A DNA stretch of 64,000 nt from NCBI GenBank assembly GCA_951406725.2, contig OX597814.1:20336001-20400000 (forward strand). The letters run 5' to 3'. Below, piece by piece: positions 1 to 11,650 of this stretch. This DNA comes from Octopus vulgaris. Taxonomy: Eukaryota. The number at the start of each line of letters is the position of its first letter. Within the stretch, counting starts at the first letter, position 1. Made by a program: the position numbers and the translations under genes. The notes under the pieces were generated by a model. That model was not told the DNA's origin. It ran no database searches and was given only the letters and a program-made list of their open reading frames with translations.

Positions 1-391
1 TGGGGTAAGTGTTGTAACTCAATACAATGTAGCAACATGTGTGAATATTTATCTATCAATTCTTGGCTCCCACCATTCTCCTGCAGGACAAGAATTAAAA
101 AAATACAAAAATCTCAGCAGGATGTTTTGAAAAAGGTTTTTACATATATTTCTATTTTTAATTCCACCTTTAATCACAGATAGGTATTATACTTGTTTTT
201 TGAAACTCACTGAGTAGATGCCAAAATTGCTTTGTAATATTATCAGGCCTCACAATTAACCAACCAACCAACCAACCATGTCCTCAAACATGGGTTAGGA
301 AAAAGAAAAATGCATATATAAATATAAAAAGTAAATCAATATGCATAACATTATTTTGCTTTAGCCTGGCTGCTTTCGCTTTGCTACAAAC

Positions 392-656
392 ATGCTGAAA
401 CAAATTGTGATCTCCGTGTGTAGTACTGTGATAGCCGTTAGTATTGTCGTTTTAATTCGTACTTTTACCTTCACTGTAAGAACTGACATTGTTATTCCCT
501 GTCAGAAAACAGCGGAACATTCGAAGATTGATGTTGGAACAAATCCACAAATAGTAGAAAACTTTCGTCAAGCCCTAAGATTTAAGACCATCGCTTGGAG
601 TCCTGGTGTTTATGAAACTGAAGAACTAACCAAGTTACGTCTTTTTATTGAGCAAA
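392..656 (+). CDS. PM20D1: PM20D1-like M20 peptidase / N-fatty-acyl-amino acid synthase-hydrolase, coding exon 1 (signal peptide/anchor)
   Basis: ATG at 392; hydrophobic N-terminus MLKQIVISVCSTVIAVSIVVLIRTF; ENFRQALRFKTIAW resembles the PM20D1 N-terminal motif; donor A|gtatgt at 657 (phase 1); acceptor-like tttgctttag ending at 364 suggests an upstream UTR exon. Confidence 0.88.
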
Positions 657-755
657 GTATGTCCAATCTATATATATTTTTTATTTATCCTACCTTTCAG
701 CATTATGCAATGAATAATATTTTATGTTCAGTATATTTAATGACATTAATAAGTT

Positions 756-845
756 AAGTGGAAGCTTTAATTCTTTGGTTTCTATGCAAAAGGTGTGTCT
801 AAGTGGAAGCTTTAATTCTTTGGTTTCTATGCAAAAGGTGTGTCT
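756..845. repeat. perfect 45-bp tandem duplication
   Basis: aagtggaagctttaattctttggtttctatgcaaaaggtgtgtct x2. Confidence 0.95.
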
Positions 846-1170
846 AACTCATTCATATAATTATTTTAATACTGCTATAGTTAGAGTCATTTATCTAAAA
901 CCACACTCATCCAGAATGTAAGCAGGTCCCAGGTGTTGTGACGGAGAAGCGCCATATTTTGTTTTGATGAGTGACAGTAAGCACCGACAATAAAATTCTC
1001 CGCAGAAAAATTTTTTTTAAAATAATAATGAAATTATTGTAAACAGTGCTCAGGTGCAGCACAATTTTCTTTATGCTGATACACATCATTCATCTATTGT
1101 ATATATTTTGAAGAAGTAAGAAATCGGCAGTCCTGAAATATTGCCTAAGAAATTATTATATACAGAATTA

Positions 1171-1365
1171 AGGCGATGAGCTGGTAGAATCGTTAGCACA
1201 CCAAGCAAAATGCTAAGCGATATTTTGTCCATCTTCAAGTTCTAATTCCTCCCAGGTTGACTTGGCTAGGGTCGATAAAATAAGTACCAGTCTCACACTG
1301 GTATCGATGAACTCGACTAGTCCCCTATCCCAAATTTCAGGCCTTGTGCCCGTAATTGAAAGGAT
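1171..1365 (+). mobile_element. SINE family B copy (degenerate)
   Basis: aggcgatgagctggtagaatcgttagcac...gtcgataaaataagtaccagt; same family as 53316. Confidence 0.75.
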
Positions 1366-2100
1366 GATATACATATTACGCTATAATAGTTACATTGTCC
1401 TCCGTGAAACGAATCTGTGACTTCGTCTCCGGATCCTACGTACAGGTAAAAACTGAAACATAATTGGCGGAGATCCAGATCAGGACACCCACATAAGTTG
1501 GATTTTCTCCGTTCTGACGGGGATTTTCCCAATTTTTTTCCCACTACGGCCTTTCAAATGAAAATTTGTTTGTTTTTTTTTTTGCACGACGCACTTTAAA
1601 AAAACCACGGGGGAAGCATTTTTTTGATAGAAAAAAAAGAAATGAAAATATTTTAAAACGAAAAGGAGTGTGATTTAAGGGAGATTTAGCTGTTGTTTCT
1701 AGCACATCCAACCCACGATAACCTGGTACCGTCTTTGGTTTTCCTCCCCGCTGCATCAGGCGTATTCGTGTGTGTTCGTGCATGTGTAAGAAAAAAAACA
1801 TATTTACTAACAGGAAGATGTATCATTAACAAAAAATTTTTGAAAATTTATTTTTGTTCAAACCCTCCCTCCGTTTGTTTCTCTTTACAATTTAAAAATA
1901 TTGGAGAGCATGAGGTCATTGCTGGGGTTTATCCACAGTGCTTTAAAGAAGGCATGTAAAAGATAAATTTATTATAATAGCATACTTTTCTGTTAGTAAA
2001 TACAACTTATGCGTGCGCGCACACACACATTCATGGTCTCGATTGGTGCAGTTAAAAAATTAAATTGGTGAGGGTTAAAAATTTAAATTACAAATTTTTT

Positions 2101-2541
2101 GGCAATCTTTCGTCTCTAGTAGACCTTTCCGTCGATTTCCGTAAAAAAATTTTTTTTTTTTTACATATGGGCTTGCGGGAACTTTTGAAGTAATGAGAGC
2201 GAAAGAGACTAAGAGAAAGCGATTGTATAACGAGGGAAGTTCTTTTGAAGTTACCGTGCATGGGAGCATTGATGGACATGTGTGTTTGATGGGGTGTGGG
2301 AGACAGTATGTTGTGTAAGTGAAGTGCTTCTGTTAGTGTGTGTGAAGAGACAGAGTAATGTGTGAAAGAAAGAGATAACTGAAATTTTTTACTCGGTGTA
2401 TGTGTATATGTATGTATATTACTTCAAAAGTTCCCGCAAGCCCATATGTAAAAAAAAAAATTTTTTTACGGAAATCGACGGAAAGGTCTACTAGAGACGA
2501 AAGATCGCCAATTAAAGGTCTACTAGAGACGAAAGATCGCC
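2101..2541. mobile_element. MITE with ~95-bp TIRs (GG termini, Merlin/Mutator-like)
   Basis: 2101-2194 is the reverse complement of 2418-2509; right end duplicated in tandem (~32 bp); possible 8-bp TSD aatttttt (low complexity). Confidence 0.75.
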
Positions 2542-2719
2542 AATTTTTTTGTTGTTGCCTATATTACAGCCGTGGACCACCTGTACTTCTACATCATCAT
2601 TTTGGGGAGAAAAATATTGAAAAACATCATGATTATGTGAGTGATGAAGGAACGAGGAAAGTGGTTGTGGGATGTGCTAGAAACAACAGCTAAATTTCCC
2701 TTAAATGACGGCGGACGTA

Positions 2720-3390
2720 AAGAATGTGGACCGCATCCCTTTTTGTGTTTTTTTACAGAAACCCCCCATTTTCGAGTATGGAGATTCTGATTCTGCAAAA
2801 AAAAAAAAAAACAAAAAAAAACGGCATTTAAAAATATTAATTCTCACACCACGTCCCATAATAGTTAGTTTTACGCGTATTTTAGGGTTGGGTTAGGGTT
2901 AGGGGTTATATTTTTTTTTAAATTGAAATTTTACAAAATTTTTTTTCAGAATCATAATCTTCGTATTTCAAAAAAAAAAAAATTTCTGGAAAAAGTGAAA
3001 ATTGAAGAATTGGGGTGATTAAAATTTTAAAATGCGGTTTTTTCTTTTTTCTTTTTTTTTTTTTTCGCAAAATCAGTATCTCTGTACTCGAAAATTGGGG
3101 ATTCTGTAAAAAAACAAAAATAAAACAAAAACAAAGTGTTGTGGTCCACATTCTGCCTTGACACATTTTCGTCTGAAAGTATTTTCGGAAAGACTTCCTC
3201 CCCACCTCATTTTCTCGCAGATTATTATTTTTTTTCCAAATCCCCACGTTTTCGGATACAGAGGTTCCGGAAAATTGCCAAAAATCGAAATTTTGAAAAT
3301 TCTGTTCCCCCCATACCCCTCCCCCAATTTTTTCATTTTTCACTTTTTTCCGTAACCCTAGCCCTAAAACCATAACTCTAACCCTAACCA
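2720..3390. repeat. nested inverted repeats with interstitial telomere-like (TTAGGG/CCCTAA) tracts
   Basis: 2722-2838 inverted to ~3018-3152; ttagggttgggttagggttagggg at 2882 faces taaccctagccctaa...ccctaacc at 3352-3388. Confidence 0.7.
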
Positions 3391-4019
3391 GAAAAATTTT
3401 TCGAAATTTTTTTCAGAATCATAATCTCCATATTTTTCGGCATATTTTGAAGAGAAAAAAAAAACAAACAAAAAAATTTTTTTAAAGTTAAAAATGAAGA
3501 GAATAGCGGGGTGGTAATTTCAAAATGCTGATTTTTGCCAATTTTGTTGCAGATTCGTATTCTCCATAGCCGAAAAGGGGGGTTTGTGTAGACAAACAAA
3601 TTTTTAAGGAGTGTTTTTTTTTTGGTGGGGGGGCAGGAGGTACAAAGGAAGTCTTTCCGTATTTGGAATTTTCCAAATTCTTTTATATTAAAAACGTTTA
3701 GGGCCGTGATGAAAAAAAAAAAAAATTGGAAAAATTCTCGTCAAAATAGAGAACTAAAAACTTCTACACAAAGTTCAATATTCATTCAGCTAAAAGGTTT
3801 AACGGAGTTTTCCGTGTCAACATCTCTCTCTCTCACATACACTCACGCAAAACCAAAGTTATCGTAGGTGCGCAAAATTATGCCGCACATTTTCATTTTC
3901 GATTCCTCAAATTTTGAAAGCATTTTTTAATGTTTTTGCATAATTTTACTGATCGCTTTTTCAAACACGATAGTTAAAAAGAGTAAAGTTAAAGTGGAGG
4001 TAAAAATTTATAAGATAGT

Positions 4020-4391
4020 AACAAGAGTACTCAGGGCAAACCTCCGCCAAGGCAACATCAACATCCTCTTGACGATTAGCCGGAGATAATTTTAAAAATT
4101 AGAATATCTGAAATAAACTCTACTGCTCTCACAAACGGGAATACTAAAAATGAATCCGACTGCTCTCAAAAATTAAGTTAATAAAAAAAAAAACTGGAAA
4201 AATAATAATCCAGATTCCTTGTCCGATACTGAATCGATCCCCAAATCTAATCAGCTCGTGCCAGTCACGAGGCCAAACATCCCTGAAAGTTTCATCCGCA
4301 ACCATCCAGCAGTTCTTGAGATATCTTGTCCACGGACCATACAAACAAACGCGACCGAACAATACCTCCACCTTCGATAAGGCGGAGGTAT
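4020..4391. mobile_element. non-autonomous Helentron/HINE-like element
   Basis: aacaagag start, subterminal acctccgccaagg, terminal hairpin acctccaccttcgataaggcggaggt. Confidence 0.55.
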
Positions 4392-4418
4392 AAATGGAAC
4401 TTTGAAAGGCGAACGTCG

Positions 4419-4882
4419 GGTAAAATTGCAGATTAACACCCGCACGATTTTCACGAAGAAAAAAAAAATAACTCGGATTTTTTGCGTGGAATCGAGTACC
4501 CTGACCTCCTAATATCCTGGAAATCCCATATTTTGTTTCGGAATTGGTCCGGAGGTGGGGGGGGCGATTTTTCACACAGAAAAGAAATGATTTTTTGCGT
4601 GGAATCAAGTACTGTGACCTCGTAATGTGCTGTAAATCCCATATTTGGGTTCGGAAGGGGGGGGGGCTGCCACAGTACTTGATTCCACGCAAAAAATCAT
4701 TTCTTTTTTGTGTGAAAATTCGGGGGGGGGGGGGGAGTTACCCCCCCACTCCGGACCAATTCCGAAACAAAATATGGGATTTCCAGCATATTAGGAGGTC
4801 GGGTACTTGATTCCACGCAAAAAATCCGAGTTATTTTTTTTTCTTCGTGAAAATCGTGCGGGTGTTAATCTGTAATTTTACC
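4419..4882. mobile_element. Merlin-like MITE, almost entirely palindromic
   Basis: GGTAAAATT...AATTTTACC termini; ~190-bp imperfect inverted arms; exact 8-bp TSD gaacgtcg (4411-4418 / 4883-4890). Confidence 0.88.
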
Positions 4883-5104
4883 GAACGTCGGACTTACGAA
4901 GCTCCACCAAGTTTGAATTTCTCCGTTTTGAGGGTGATTTTTCAGATTTTTTTTTCACAGTGTCCTTGGAAATGTTTTAGACTATCTTTTTAGCAAACAA
5001 AAAATTACGATAAATGATGTTTGTTATTTGTTAAACCCCCATCTTCTCCCCGGACCGATTTTGGTCGATTTTGCGGGTACTACGCACTTAAAAACGGTAA
5101 AAAG

Positions 5105-6720
5105 AAGGAAAAAAAAAAGTAAATATTTTCAGACGGGAAGGTGTGTGATTTAAGGGAGATTTGGTTGTTATTTCTAGCATATCCCAATGACCAGTAAGTG
5201 TTAGGGTTAATAAAAATCATAAATTTTCAAAAAAAAATTGGTTAATGTTTACTTCAACACACACACAAAAAAATAAACTTGTGTAAAAAATGTGTATTAA
5301 ACAAATATGAAATCAAAAACTTGCGCTAACAAGCCGTGGAGGTGGAGTGGGGAGAGGACTTTCAGAAAATTCCCAAAATCCGATTTTTTTCCCTCATAAC
5401 TTTTAGGAAAATGGATATCTTTTAAAGTAATTTTATATAAATACCTTTCAAATGATTATAAAGAAATTTGTGGGGGGAGGGGGAATTTTCCAAAGTGGTG
5501 GGGAAAGGACTTTTAAAGAGAAAGAAATTCATAAATTATTTTTTTACTTGAGTATAATGGAAAAAAGTTTGAAACCAAAAAGAAATTTAGATTCATTTAG
5601 AGTAATGGAAAAAGGTTTTTAAAAAGATTCCATGTATTAGGCGCAGGAGTGGCTGTGTGGTAAGTAGTTTGCTTACCAACCACATGGTTTCGGGTTCAGT
5701 CCCACTGCGTGGCATCTTGGGCAAGTGTCTTTTGCGGACCAATGCCTTGTGAGTGGATTTGGTAGATGGAAACTGAAAGAAGCCTGTCGTATATATGTAT
5801 ATATGTATGTGTGTGTCTGTGTTTGTCCCCCTAGCATTGCTTGACAACTGATGCTGGTGTGTTTACGTCCCCGTCACCTAGCGGTTCAGCAAAAGAGACT
5901 GATAGAATAAGTACTGGGCTTACAAAGAATAAGTCCCGGGGTTGATTTGCTTGACTAAAGGCAGTGCTCCAGCATGGCCACAGTCAAATGACTGAAACAA
6001 ATAAAAGAGTAAAAGAGAGTATGGTGATAGAAATAAATTCATAAATACGATGTTGAATATGGTTTCACTATGGAAAAATTTAAGGACGATTTAACTTTTG
6101 TTTTTAGCACATCTCCACTGTTGGGATCTTTTTTAAAACCTTTTTCTATAACTCAAACGAATAAATGATTGTAAAAAATTTTTTTCAAACGTTTTTCCAT
6201 TACACTCAAGCAAAAAAATAATTTATGAATTTCCTTCTATTCGAAAGTCCTCTCCTCACCCCATCGGAAAAAATTTTCCTCCTCAAATATCATTATAATT
6301 GTTATTTATGCTGTTTGAAAAGTATTTACATAAAATTTCATTAAAAGATATCCATTTTCCTAAAAGTTATGAGGGGCAAAAATCGGATCGTATGAATTTT
6401 CCGAAAGTCCTCTCCCCTCCCCTCGGTTTGTTGATGCAAATTTTTGTTTTCATATACATTTAATACACATTTTTTTTACACCTGTTTTTTAAAACTTGTT
6501 TTTTTCTTGTTTTGGTGGCTGAGTGTTAAAGTAAATATTAACCAAAAATTTAACAACACAAGTTCATGCTATGATTGGGGAGAAAATTTTCAAAAACATT
6601 AATACTTGTCAGAATGAGAAAGAAATGGGGAAGGTAGTCATGGGGTATGTTAGAAACCACAGCCAAATCTCTTTTTAATCACACACCCTTTCGTCTGAAA
6701 ATATTTACTTTTTTTTTAAT
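5105..6720. mobile_element. large foldback element (~500-bp diverged inverted arms) with a SINE in its spacer
   Basis: ~5105-5632 is the reverse complement of ~6120-6720 (e.g. cctcataacttttaggaaaatggatatctttta vs taaaagatatccattttcctaaaagttatgagg). Confidence 0.75.
5639..6020 (+). mobile_element. tRNA-derived SINE family A (CORE-like)
   Basis: aggcgcaggagtggctgtgtggtaag (A-box-like), gggttcagtccc (B-box-like), cttgggcaagtgtc, internal (TA)/(TG) tract, aaagagt tail; 4 near-full copies in the window. Confidence 0.9.
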
Positions 6721-6829
6721 CAAAAATGTCATCATACGTAGTGGCTACAAAATTGGTAGGATGGGGCTGCTAAAAAAAAAAGATCATTATTCGCAAATCT
6801 CTTTTGCTTAAACAATATCTGAGAAAAAC

Positions 6830-7435
6830 AGCACCATGGCACAATTCACTCTGCCAGAAACGACATACTGTACTGCTTGGCATTCATACAAGAAGTTCCA
6901 ATACGAACATTTCAGAGTGTTTGAGTGTCAATCTGAGGGTATGTACCGAGAGCGATAAATATCAAACACCTAGCCAACATCATGATGTTTGGATTGATCA
7001 CTAGTGATGGTGACATTATACCTCCAATCATCTTCCCACATGGCCTCAGACTCAACACGGAAGCCTACATCAAATGCGTGGAGGAGGTAATGCTGCCCTG
7101 GGTCAAGAGAGTGGCTGCTGGAAGACCATATGTCTGGCAACAGGACTCTGCACTATGTTACATAATCATGGCTGTCAGATAATTTCTGTGTCCACATCAC
7201 CCCTAACATCTGGTCATCTAACTCCCCAGACTGCGACCCCCTTGATTATTATGTGTGGGGTGCAGTTGAGCGAGAGACAAACAAAACTTCTTGTAACACC
7301 GAAGATGAATTGAAAGCAAGGATTATGACAGCTTTCACCAACTTAAACAAGCAGACCATCCAGAAGAGTTGCAGGAGATTCCAAAGTTGTCTGGAAGCCG
7401 TAGTTGAAGCCAATGACGATTTTATTGAATAAATT
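6830..7435 (+). pseudogene. decayed Tc1/mariner (maT-like) transposase fragment
   Basis: YVWQQDSA..., then in another frame W..NSPDCDPLDYYVWG; frameshifted. Confidence 0.7.
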
Positions 7436-7578
7436 TTCTCTTTGGTATTTCAGAATATTTTTATGTAATTTTGGTAAATATATTTGTTAAAATAAGATGT
7501 TAGTGTTGTTTTCATTTTTGCGTAATTTAGACAACAGTTTATTCACCACTTCCTCTATATATAGTCCTCTATATATAA

Positions 7579-7863
7579 CTAGCAGTATCGCCCGGCGTTG
7601 CTCGGGTTTGTAAGGGAAATAACTATAAAGCATTTTTAGAGAGTTATAGCCAAAAAATAGCAAAAAATGCATTAAAAATGGAAAAATGCATTAAAAATCG
7701 TAGACTCATCGTAGATGCGCACTAATACTCAGACAGGCTCGATATGAATCACGACTATAAGATACCCGAATTTGGTTAAACTGCACCGCAAAATGTGGGA
7801 GTAGTTAGGAATCTAAATCGAAGGGGACAGACACTCACACAACTACAGTTTTATATATATAGA
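7579..7863 (-). mobile_element. non-autonomous Helitron
   Basis: - strand 5' TC, 3' hairpin (cccgagcaacgccggg) + CTAG, inserted between A and T; same family as 30246. Confidence 0.8.
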
Positions 7864-8166
7864 TATAATCAATTTCTCTCCTCTACTGTCAACTTTACCC
7901 TGTCAAAGAATCCTGTCCAAAATGTTTGATTCTTTACTCAACACAGCAAGTTCACTGTACTCCTTTCATTAACTTTACTAGATAATACATGCCCTGTGGT
8001 GGCAGACCACCTTGGAATTTGTTTGATCATATCTGTATACGTGTGTGTGTGTATGTATGTTTGTATGTATGTAATCATACTTAAAGCAACAGAAAGTGAT
8101 TTGAAGGAAATTTGACTCCTATTTCTATCCTGTAGAGACACCCTTGTGAGTTCACTTGCTCTTTAA

Positions 8167-8387
8167 CCCTTTCGTTACTGTATTTATTTTGAAATGCTCT
8201 GTGTTTCTTTCAATTACTTTAAATATTACAAAGAAATTAGTAAAATAATTTGGTTATCATTCAGCTAGTGTTAGGAACATAAATTGTGACTAAGGTTTGA
8301 TGGAAGATTTTGATTCAAAACTTATGAAAACAAGACATTTGCATTACAGAACCAGAGCCGATTTCAGCCGGGTTGGTAAGGAAAGGG
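8167..8387. mobile_element. piggyBac-like MITE
   Basis: TTAA|CCCTTTC ... GAAAGGG|TTAA. Confidence 0.75.
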
Positions 8388-8595
8388 TTAATTCTGAGGT
8401 TGTCCCCATTGGTCTGAAGACATAGCATTTATGATCAGCCCCACTATTTTTTTTTATCTGCAATTGTTCTTTAATTACATTAACAGCTATGTGATCCTTT
8501 TCTATGAAGAACTGGTGTGGTTTGAAGGAAATTTCCATCAAGCTAAGCATTATTTGATTACTATTTTAAGTTTATTTATATTTTGTATGTTTCAG

Positions 8596-8828
8596 CGTAT
8601 CCAACTGTCCAAAAGTCACCGTTTGTAAAATATGAAGTTGTGGCTAATTACAGCCTACTGTATACAATTGAAGGAAGTGATAAAACTCTTACTCCCTATT
8701 TGCTGGGAGCACATTTAGATGTAGTTCCTGTTACAGAAGAAAACTGGAAATTTGATCCTTTTGCAGCTGAACTCCATGAGGGTTACATTTATGGTAGAGG
8801 TGCTATAGATGTCAAACTTGGTGTTATG
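8596..8828 (+). CDS. PM20D1: PM20D1-like exon 2
   Basis: tttcag|CG acceptor; YPTV...NYSLLYTIEGSD...PYLLGAHLDVVP...W.FDPF...YIYGRGAIDVK (M20 metal ligands His and Asp); donor ATG|gtatgt. Confidence 0.96.
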
Positions 8829-9560
8829 GTATGTATTGGCAAATATAGTTTTGTTTTATTATGGTTTTATAGATTGCTTCCCTCTGTGCACATGTTTTTC
8901 TTACAGCGGTCATGTTAAGCACATCGATCTCAGAGAGACTGCAAAATCCACTGGCACAGTCCTTCCTCCAAACCAACAGAGTAAAAGACTAAAAAAAAAA
9001 GATAAATTATCAGTTCTTATCATCTCAGATATTCATTAAATATATTGCTTTATAAAGACCATCATCTTCACTTAAAACATTTATTTGCTACTAGCAGTAC
9101 CCCACTGGAAATTCCAGTTATTTTATCAATTGTATGATAGAATTGTATATTTTTCTGAAACATTTAATTCTTGAGAGGGTGTAAAAATCCATATAGGTAG
9201 TATTAAAGTTGTAGGCTATCTGTCTGTCTATTCTACTTATGGTTCTGTCAATGTATGTATCTCTCTACTCTAACAATAATGATAAACATTTAAAGCAAAT
9301 AACTAAAAATAAAACCTAAAGAATTGCAGTGCCCCAGCACAGCCTCAGCCACTGGACTGCTATACATAAAAAGGTATAAGTAACATCCACAACTATTTGC
9401 AAAGGTTATTTCACTTAGATTTAAGTATCAGCCTTTCTCACTCCTATCTATCACTGAATCTATCAACAGATACATTGACAGATTGAAGATATAGAACCAG
9501 TTGAACATTAAAACCTTTAACCACAAATAAAGTTTTATTTTCAAAGTCTTTCACAATATT

Positions 9561-10395
9561 CATCATCATCATCATCATCATTGTTTAATGTATGCTTTCC
9601 ATGCTGGTATGGGTTGGACAGTTTGACTGAGGACTAGCGAGCCAGGAGGCTGCACCAGGCTCCATTCTGATCTGGCAAAGTTTCTACAGCTGGATGCCCT
9701 TCCTAATGCCAACCACTGAGAGTATTGTGGGTACTTTTTACATGCCACCGACACAGGTGCCAGTTAGGTGGCACTGGCATCAGACATTACTACAATTTTG
9801 CTTGACTCAATAGTTCTTCTCAAGCACAGCATATCTCCAAAGGTTTTCGGTCACTTGTCATTGCCTTAGTGAGGCCCAATGTTCAAAGGTTGCACTTCAC
9901 CACCTCATCCCTGGGTTCACCTATTCCACAGGTTCCTTCCACTGTTAGGTTGTGATACTTCTTTATACAGCTCTCCTCATCCATATGCAACACATGACCA
10001 TACCAATGCAGTCGTCTCTCTTGCACAGCACATCTGATGCTCCTTATGCCCAACTTTTCTCTCAGGTCATTTACACTCTGTCTTATATGCACACTGACAT
10101 TACTCATCCAGTGGAGCATACTAGCTTCATTTCTTTCAACCCTATGCATGTCTTCAGCAGTCACAGCTCATGTTTCATAGCCATGTAGCATGGCTGTTCA
10201 CACACATGCATCATACAGTCTACCTTTCATTCTGTGCAAGAGACCCTTTGTCACCAGCAGAGGTAGGCGCTCCCTGAACTTTGCTCAGGCTATTCTTATT
10301 CTACTAGCTACGCTCTCAGAGCATCTACCCCGGCTACTGACTTGGTCACTTAGGTAACAGAAGCTATCAACTACTTGTAGCTTTTCTCCCTGGAA
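9561..10395 (-). mobile_element. 5'-truncated RTE LINE
   Basis: - strand VVDSFCYL...LREKLGIRSI...QERRLHWYGHV; 3' UTR and (GAT)n tail. Confidence 0.85.
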
Positions 10396-10439
10396 TGTGA
10401 CAAGCTGTTCTCTCCACAGAAGTTGTTCTCTGCACAGAA

Positions 10440-11650
10440 TGTGACAGTAGCTGGAACAATGTAAGAAGGTACAAAGTAAACTACAAAAGGGAAAGAAAAC
10501 AAAGCAGAGTTGCAGCTTTACCTTGTATTTCTATATTTTGGGGTCATGGCCCCTTCTTCAGGATATCAGGAAAAAGTGGTAGTTTGATAAAGCCGTTACT
10601 CAAATGTGTGAGAGAGGAAGGAGGATGGTGACATGTGCAGACTGGCGTTGCTATAGCAATCAGTCTGCTTCATGTAGTTACTTCATGTTGTTAATGGCTG
10701 GTCTCAGTGATTCTGAGATTGTTCCTGTAGCATTGGGTGGCCTGATAGAAACTTTAAAATTCTGGGTTTGACACTTCTTTAGGTGTTTCTTTATTAAAGT
10801 GTCCATGTGTGTATGTTCTTTTATAAAGATGTGCAATTTCCTGGTGGTGCTCCCTATGTAGGATGCCCACATTTACTGCAGACTACTCTGTATCCTACAT
10901 AGGCCCTCAAGCATGTTTTTATGTTGTTGATGGGGCAATTAGTTAGTGTGCATCCCATCATGCTATCTGTGGTATTCTTCCTCAACAGAAATTTCCTCAG
11001 TGATGGACTGGTGTGCACCATCTGTATGTTGAGTCCCTCCCTGCGGATCGCATGTTTTATAGCTGCAGTTGTCCTGTTGTCAAAGTAAGGCAGTTTAAGA
11101 AAGTACTTTTTGAACTTGTGATTATGAACCTTCTTATGTGGTATACTTACTTTTGTGTTTTGTAGGTAGCCATTTAGCTACAGATCGTGTATAGCCATTG
11201 TTCGCTAAGTTCTTGTGGAACCTCTTGGTGTCCATAACTTTGTCAGTAGTTTTGCTGCATCTGTTTCTTATGCATGCATGTGGTCTCATTTTGCACATAT
11301 GCAGCTTTGGCTCTGGTGGGCAGGGTTGATTTGTAGTGTACAAACAGATTCCTACTGGCCACTTTTCTATAAAAATTTGAATAGATGGGACCCTCCTCTG
11401 TGATCTTGTTTTGGAAATCCAGCAGAGAAATGGTTCCAGACTAATCTGGATGTTCAATTTGAAATTTGATGTGTGGTTGTTGACATTGTCGAAAATTTGA
11501 TGATGCCTCCTCCCAAGACAAGGTGAGCATCAGCACATTGTCAACATACCTTGAGAAAACGATGCATGAGTGGTGTTAAGTTCCTTGCATTCAAGTTGAT
11601 CCATGTATGAGATGACCAGCAGGCCTGAGAGGCTAGATCCTTAGCCTCTC
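10440..11650 (-). mobile_element. decayed Penelope-like element (RT C-terminal half + GIY-YIG)
   Basis: - strand GSSLSGLLVISYMDQLE...FSRYVDN, EPFL..., LANNGY, then ASYIGSTTRKLH..IKEH; degenerate hammerhead motif at 10521-10570. Confidence 0.75.

Noticed and set aside
5-364. Possible 5' UTR intron of PM20D1 (gtaagt at 5, ttag at 364)
   Set aside because: Plausible, but the upstream exon would lie outside the window and cannot be verified
657-757. ORF extension of PM20D1 exon 1 (and similar run-ons at 8829-8918, 32898-32982, 43898-43930)
   Set aside because: Read-through into introns beyond clear splice sites; homology stops at the junctions
2882-2907. True telomere or chromosome fusion site
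   Set aside because: Only ~4 degenerate units, embedded in dispersed repeats within an intron
4144-4810. 182-aa and overlapping ORFs on both strands
   Set aside because: They arise from a palindromic MITE; no recognisable protein motifs
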